Shown here in pieces: positions 22,801 to 28,800 of a DNA stretch of 64,000 nt. The stretch's first letter is position 1. Every line of letters begins with the position of its first letter. The translations under genes and the position numbers were made by a program. Under the pieces are notes generated by a model. The model had not been told where the DNA came from. It made no database searches and saw only the letters and a program-made list of their open reading frames with translations. Source of the stretch: a virus; IMG/VR virus record IMGVR_UViG_3300008262_000045, positions 4,710 through 68,709 of that record. One strand, written 5' to 3'.

Positions 22801-25800
22801 CAAAATTACGGGGTTGGATTTGATGTTGGCTTGCTTTCAAAAAACGCAATAGATTTGCTTGCTGACAGGATTCTTTTCCTAGACGCACAGGTTTTTATTG
22901 ATTCAGGGGCTTTCAGCCATTTTGTCAAAAATGAAAAACTAAAAGCCGAGGGTAAAAAAACATTAGCGCCTTTGGACTTCGATAAGATTTTCAAAAAGTA
23001 CGACGCGATTACGGAAGCCATCTACGAGCAAAACAAAGTAGAAGCAGACTATCCTCGCCCGCTCATGGTTATGCCTGACATTATTGGCGACCAAAAGGCA
23101 TCACTATTACTTACTGAACAATACAAAAATCGCATTGCGATTGAGACAGCGGTAAATACATTTACCCCAATCATTCCTATACCGCTTGGCGAATTATCTC
23201 TTTCACAGGCATATAGTAAAATTATTGAGATACTAAAGACTAATGCGTCAGGAATAGAAATTGATCCTGCCAAGTTCATTGTTGGTATTCCGTCTAACGC
23301 GCAAGCCGTGAGCAGGGAGCAACTCGCTGAGTTTTTGCGTGAATCCAAACCACCCCGCATTCATTTCCTTGGCGCGGCAGCAGACATCAATATTAACCCG
23401 TTGCTCGCGGTTGTCGCTAGAACCGCCCCGGATACGATTGTTACGGCGGATGCCAGCAAGGTAAGGTCTGAAATCCTTAATGGAGTGGCGGCTGGAAAGA
23501 CGCGCCAGCAGGCAATTATCGACGCATTAAATCAAGAAGATGATCCAATAAATGTTTTGGAGAATTTCAGCCAAGTAGCTCCGCTCTTTGCCAAAGCCCG
23601 CAAGCTCCGTCCTGATTGGCCGGGAATGCTAAATCAAGCAAACGACATCAGCATTCAAGAGTTTGCAGAATTGGCAAAAGATGGACGCTTGATCCAAGCC
23701 ACCGGCAAGCCAAACGAATTTGAGGCTGGTTCAGGCAAAACGCCGCTGAGCGTTGGCGCAGCCTCTGGATATTCGCTGAATGACATCGCGCATTTCTACA
23801 TTGCCCGCCAGTTGCCGACAAAATTCAAAGACAGCACCGATGCGTCACGCCTTGTAAATCAACTTGTCGCCACTAATAAAGACCCCGCGCAAAGCAATAC
23901 TGTTTTGCGGGCGTTCGATAGATTTGCCGAAGATGCCGCAAGCGAAGCGCAGGCCGTGCCGCTTTCAGCCAAGCCCCGCCCATCTTCTCTCCTTGCTGAT
24001 ACAAAAGGCAAGGTGATAGCAGGCACGGCTGTAGGCACTCGCAATCCAACTGGCAAGACCGCGCTGGAGGCTGGCACGGATCGTTCTGCTCTGGTCGATC
24101 TCGCCTCGATGCGGCGCGATCCAGAACTTTTCCGAAAAAACGCCGTGCTACTCGCCGACTTCCCGCTAGTGGCAGGCCAAGTGCCAGAGGCCGCGAAGCT
24201 CGTTCGCGACATAAGCGCCCCGCTTAAGCAGGCCCGCGAGCAGTTCGCTGATGCCAGCAAGCGACTAGAGGATGCCCGCAACGAACTCAAAGCCGAACTC
24301 GCCCGCCGCCAAGGTGTGCGCCCGAACAAGATCAAGGTGACCGAGGTGGACAAGCTGGAGAGCGGCGAGTCCAAAGTGAAGCGAACAGATGCGGTGGTGA
24401 AAGCCGCCCTGCAAAAGATCAAGGACGCCCGAAAAATCCAAGCCACCTTCGGCGACAAGCGCGACAAGAGTCAGGCCGAATTTGAGGCAAACTCTAAAGC
24501 TCTGCTTGCCGGGGATCAGTTCTCAATGGAACTCGCCGAGCGTGTTTACGATGCGCTCAAGACCTCCGCAAAGCGCAACCTAGAGCTTCTTATCGAGCTA
24601 TTCCCTGAAGACCTCCGCGACACCGCACGGCTCTGGTATGACGGCGCGAACATCATCGCGCAAGACTTCGCCGCCCGCTACAACACCACGCTCAACCGCT
24701 CCGCCGCTGTATTGGCCGTCTTCTCCCCGCAGAAGGATTGGTTTATGAATGTCGCCCTCGGCCAGCGCATGATGAACATCTGGGCCAACCACCAGGACAC
24801 GCGCTTCGATGATGCGATGGCAAAGCAATACCTCATGCGAGCCGGTGAGCCGGAGCCGCAGTGGGACAAAAAATCCGATGACTACAAGCGCGACGCCAAA
24901 GGCGAACTCGTCTACACCAAAGGCGCGAAGCCGATCCGCGACGAGGAAGGTAACATCACCGGTTGGGAAAATTGGGACAACGAAAAGGCGCAGGAGAAAT
25001 TTAATGAAGCCAAAATGGAACTTGCCATAATGCGCGGCAAAAAACTTTCTGAGCTTCCCTTCGATCTCCAAGCCCGATTCATTCGTATGTGGAGCGAGGT
25101 TTACGACGCCCCAGGCTTCCCGGTGGTTACGCCTGCCGGAACATTCGGCAACAATAAACTCTCCGAAAAAGGCAATGAACAACGCCTCGCTTGGGGTAGC
25201 TACAACACCATTGAAAAAGCGATTCGTATTCTCACCGCGCCTGAATCCTCCGAGATGCAAGTGATCTCCAACGAACTTGGCGTCCAGCACAAGGTTCGCA
25301 GCTTTTACAATAATATCGCAGACCCCGCGAATGCGGATGGTCATGTCACGATGGACACCCATGCCATCGCCGCAATCCTCTGGCAGGCACTCTCTGGCAA
25401 CAGCCCTGAGGTGAGCATGAACTTTGGAAGCGGCGGAGCCTCGGGCAACAGCAACCTCGGCATCTCTGGACTTTACCCGGCTTTTGCTGAAGCCTACCGC
25501 GAAGTAGCGGCAGAATTTGGTTTGCTTCCTCGCGAAGTTCAGAGTATTACTTGGGAAAGTGTTCGCCTGCTTTTCCCAGCGAAATTCAAGAGCCAAAAAG
25601 CCAATGTCACCAAGGTTCGCGAAGTCTGGAATCAACACGAACAAGGAATCATCACCACAGAACAAGCCCATGACCGCATCTACCAAATTGTCGATGAATG
25701 GAAACGCCGAGGCACTCTTGCGGGACAACCCGGAAGAACTGCGGCAGATGCAATTGCAGATGGTTCAGGAGTGGGCAGACCAGACTGGGCAACAATTACC

Positions 25801-28800
25801 CGGAGCGGTGACAATAATTCTGAACTATCGCAAGCGCCCGCTGACGCAGGAGGACTACCTGACCGCGGACGGCGGGGGGATGGAACTGGACGATCTGCTG
25901 TCGGACGACGAGGCGCTGGCCGAGATGCCGGACTTCTTTCTACAACTCCCAAGGGGAGACAGCCCAGGGCTGTATTAGCGGCCAAGCCCCGCAATACTCC
26001 GCCTCCGATGCCTCCGATGGAGAAGCGAATCGAGGCGAGTCTGGATGCGATTGAAAAGTGGAACGACTTTTTGCGAGCCGTTGAAGAAAAGCCGGCTGGT
26101 TCGTTGAAAAAATTCGCAGAGGAAATTAAAGCGAATACCCCGCAAGATATTTGGCGCGGGTATCAGACGATCTTCCGTGGCCGATTAGATGTTGCCGATT
26201 CATTGGCTCCTGGCGTAAAGGCAATTTTACTGGCATCGAAACAAGAGGAAGCCCTAGCGCAAATTGGCATTAACGCAGTGGTTGACGGACTTCGACGCGA
26301 ACTGCAAAAGGCTTTTGGCGATCCTGCATTTTGGAACAAAAACCGCGCTAGATTGAAAGAGGCAACCCGATTGCTTTTGCCGATTGCCAGCTACCTACAA
26401 CCAGAGCGTCCAGGTGTGGACGGCGGATTTGATTGGCGCGAATTTGAGCGCCGCGCTGGAACGATCAGCCAAGTGGAAATTCGCAAGATGCGACTGAAAG
26501 ACGGCCAGTGGTTTGAGTATGATGGGAAGACATATCGGCTAGGCGAATTTTTGCCGGATGAAAAAGCCTATGTGCTTTTGGAGCCGGTCAGCGTGGAAAT
26601 GCAGCAAGCTATTTACGAAGAGTTTTGGTCAAACTTTCCCGAGGCTTTGCCAATTCTTAACCGCTGGATTACGCCAGAGTTGAAGGACGCATACACAGTT
26701 GGTCTTGGCGGAACAATGAGCGTTGAGTTTAACCGCGAAGCTCTCCTTTCGTTTATGAACGAATGGCCGCAAGATTTGAAAGAGGCTTTCGGAGACATGA
26801 CTCTACCCTCGGTTCCGCGACTTGAAGGCTATACGCCCGACATTGCGGCACAGCGCAGTATCGTTGCTGTTATCGCGAAATTACTTGGGCTTTACAAATC
26901 CCCTGGCCGCAAGTTTAAGACCGGCGCACTTCGCGAGGCCGGCAATGTCAAAAACTTGATTGATGGGTTTTCGACCCGCGCAATGGAGGCACACCGCGAA
27001 AAAATTCGTATGCGGACGCGGCAAGGCATCATTGAAAAAGCCGTTGTTTTTAGAGAGGATGTTCCAGCAGAAAACATAGGTGACTATGTAGCCCTCGAAG
27101 ATGTTTTCAGTAGCATCGTAAAAGCCGTTCAGTCCGCAAGACTGCTGGATGAAAAGGCATACCCAAACCTTTCAAAAGCCCTAAATCCAAAAGACCAAGT
27201 TCAACTCATGCGTCTTGTCGGAGATGCCGCGAGATTAAATGGCATTGAGCAAATGGTTCACAAAAATGTTTATCGCGAACTCATGTTGAGCATGGCGCGG
27301 GCGCAAACCGAAGGAATGCTTTTACGCGCTTTGAACTTTTTGTTGCGCGGCGCAAAGTTAGGAAAATTAACAGCCGGCTCCGTTGGCATAAACTGGCTAG
27401 GAAACCAAATCCTTACGCTTACACAAGCGATGAACAGGATGTTTGCCGGCATGACGCACTTGGCGCTATTAGACTCAAGGGGAGCAAAAGTAAATACCCT
27501 GGAGGCTCTTTTCTTATTGAGAGGGCTTATCACAGATCGTGCGCCAAACACGCTAAACCAATCGCGCATTGGCGACTTAATCCCTCGCGAGCTTTTTGAT
27601 AGCACAACGGCCCTGTCTAGCCTCGATGCAGGCGCAGACTACGGCAACTTGGTTGATGACATTAAACGAAACGGCATTCTCCGGGGGCCAGCACAAGGAC
27701 TTGTCAACGCATTCAAACAAGGAGGAATCAGCGCAAGTATTCTTTATGGCGTACACTACTCTGGTGGCGACGCCGCCGTAAAACAGCAAAGTGCATACGC
27801 GGCATACAGAGCGCGTGCTGAAATTGCGGCCAACGAAGCCAAGATTAAAAGCGGCAGATCCGAATGGATGCGAAATTGGATACAACAGCAAGTTCGCGAA
27901 AATACGGAAATTCATCGCGAGGTGATGGATGCGGCCAAGCTCTATTTCATGGATTATGAAAATGTCCCCGCATGGCTCGATCCTTCATCCAGCTTGCCGG
28001 AAGAAAAGGCTAGAAAATTCTTAAAAGAACACGGCCTATGGTTCATCAAGTACCCTTACAATTTCATACGGTTTGTAAAACGGCTTGGACTTGATGGTGC
28101 TATTGAGTTTGCGTCGCCATCCTCGACAAAACAAGAACGGGCGCGTGGTTTGGCCAATATGCTTACGATTGCGGCGGTTGCTTACGGCGGCTCCGCCTTA
28201 CTATCCGGCGGTGAAGATGATGATGATATTATTGGCTCGCGCTTTGATGAAGAAGGGAAACTTAAAGACCGCAACCAAGATACTAGTAGCCGCATGAACC
28301 TGTCGGCGATTGGAAGGAAAACGCATCTAGGACGAGTTATTGCAAGCGCCCTTCGCATGGCAGGCGTAAGCATTAACGACGATCTAACAAATCATCGAGG
28401 CGATGATTATTGGATGTATTACCAAAATATGACTTGGATGAAAGAAAGCCTTTTGATGGGGCGGGCAGTTAATGGAGACTATCAAGGATTTCTGAAGGAT
28501 TCAGGAGCGTACATATCCGATTTGACGGCGATGGGTATTTTAAGCCGCATGATGGGTCTTGCTAAAGTTGGAAGTATTGATGCCAAAAAAAGCCCTGTAA
28601 ATTTAGCTACAGAGGCATTCTTTGAGGCATTAAGTTCTCCGGTCAATCCATCAGCGTTGACAAACTATATTGGCAACATGACTGATCCAATTGTTCGCAG
28701 AACAACCAGCAGCGCAAGTCTTGGATTTAATATGGGGCCGCTGGAAAGCATTATGGCTGGAATCCCTGGACTTCGAGAAAATCTACCTGCCGCAGGGGAG

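Noticed and set aside
24598-25728. 376-aa antisense ORF, and others such as 42201-42923, 42951-43694 and 23859-24467
   Set aside because: Shadow frames of GC3-rich sense genes with no recognisable motifs
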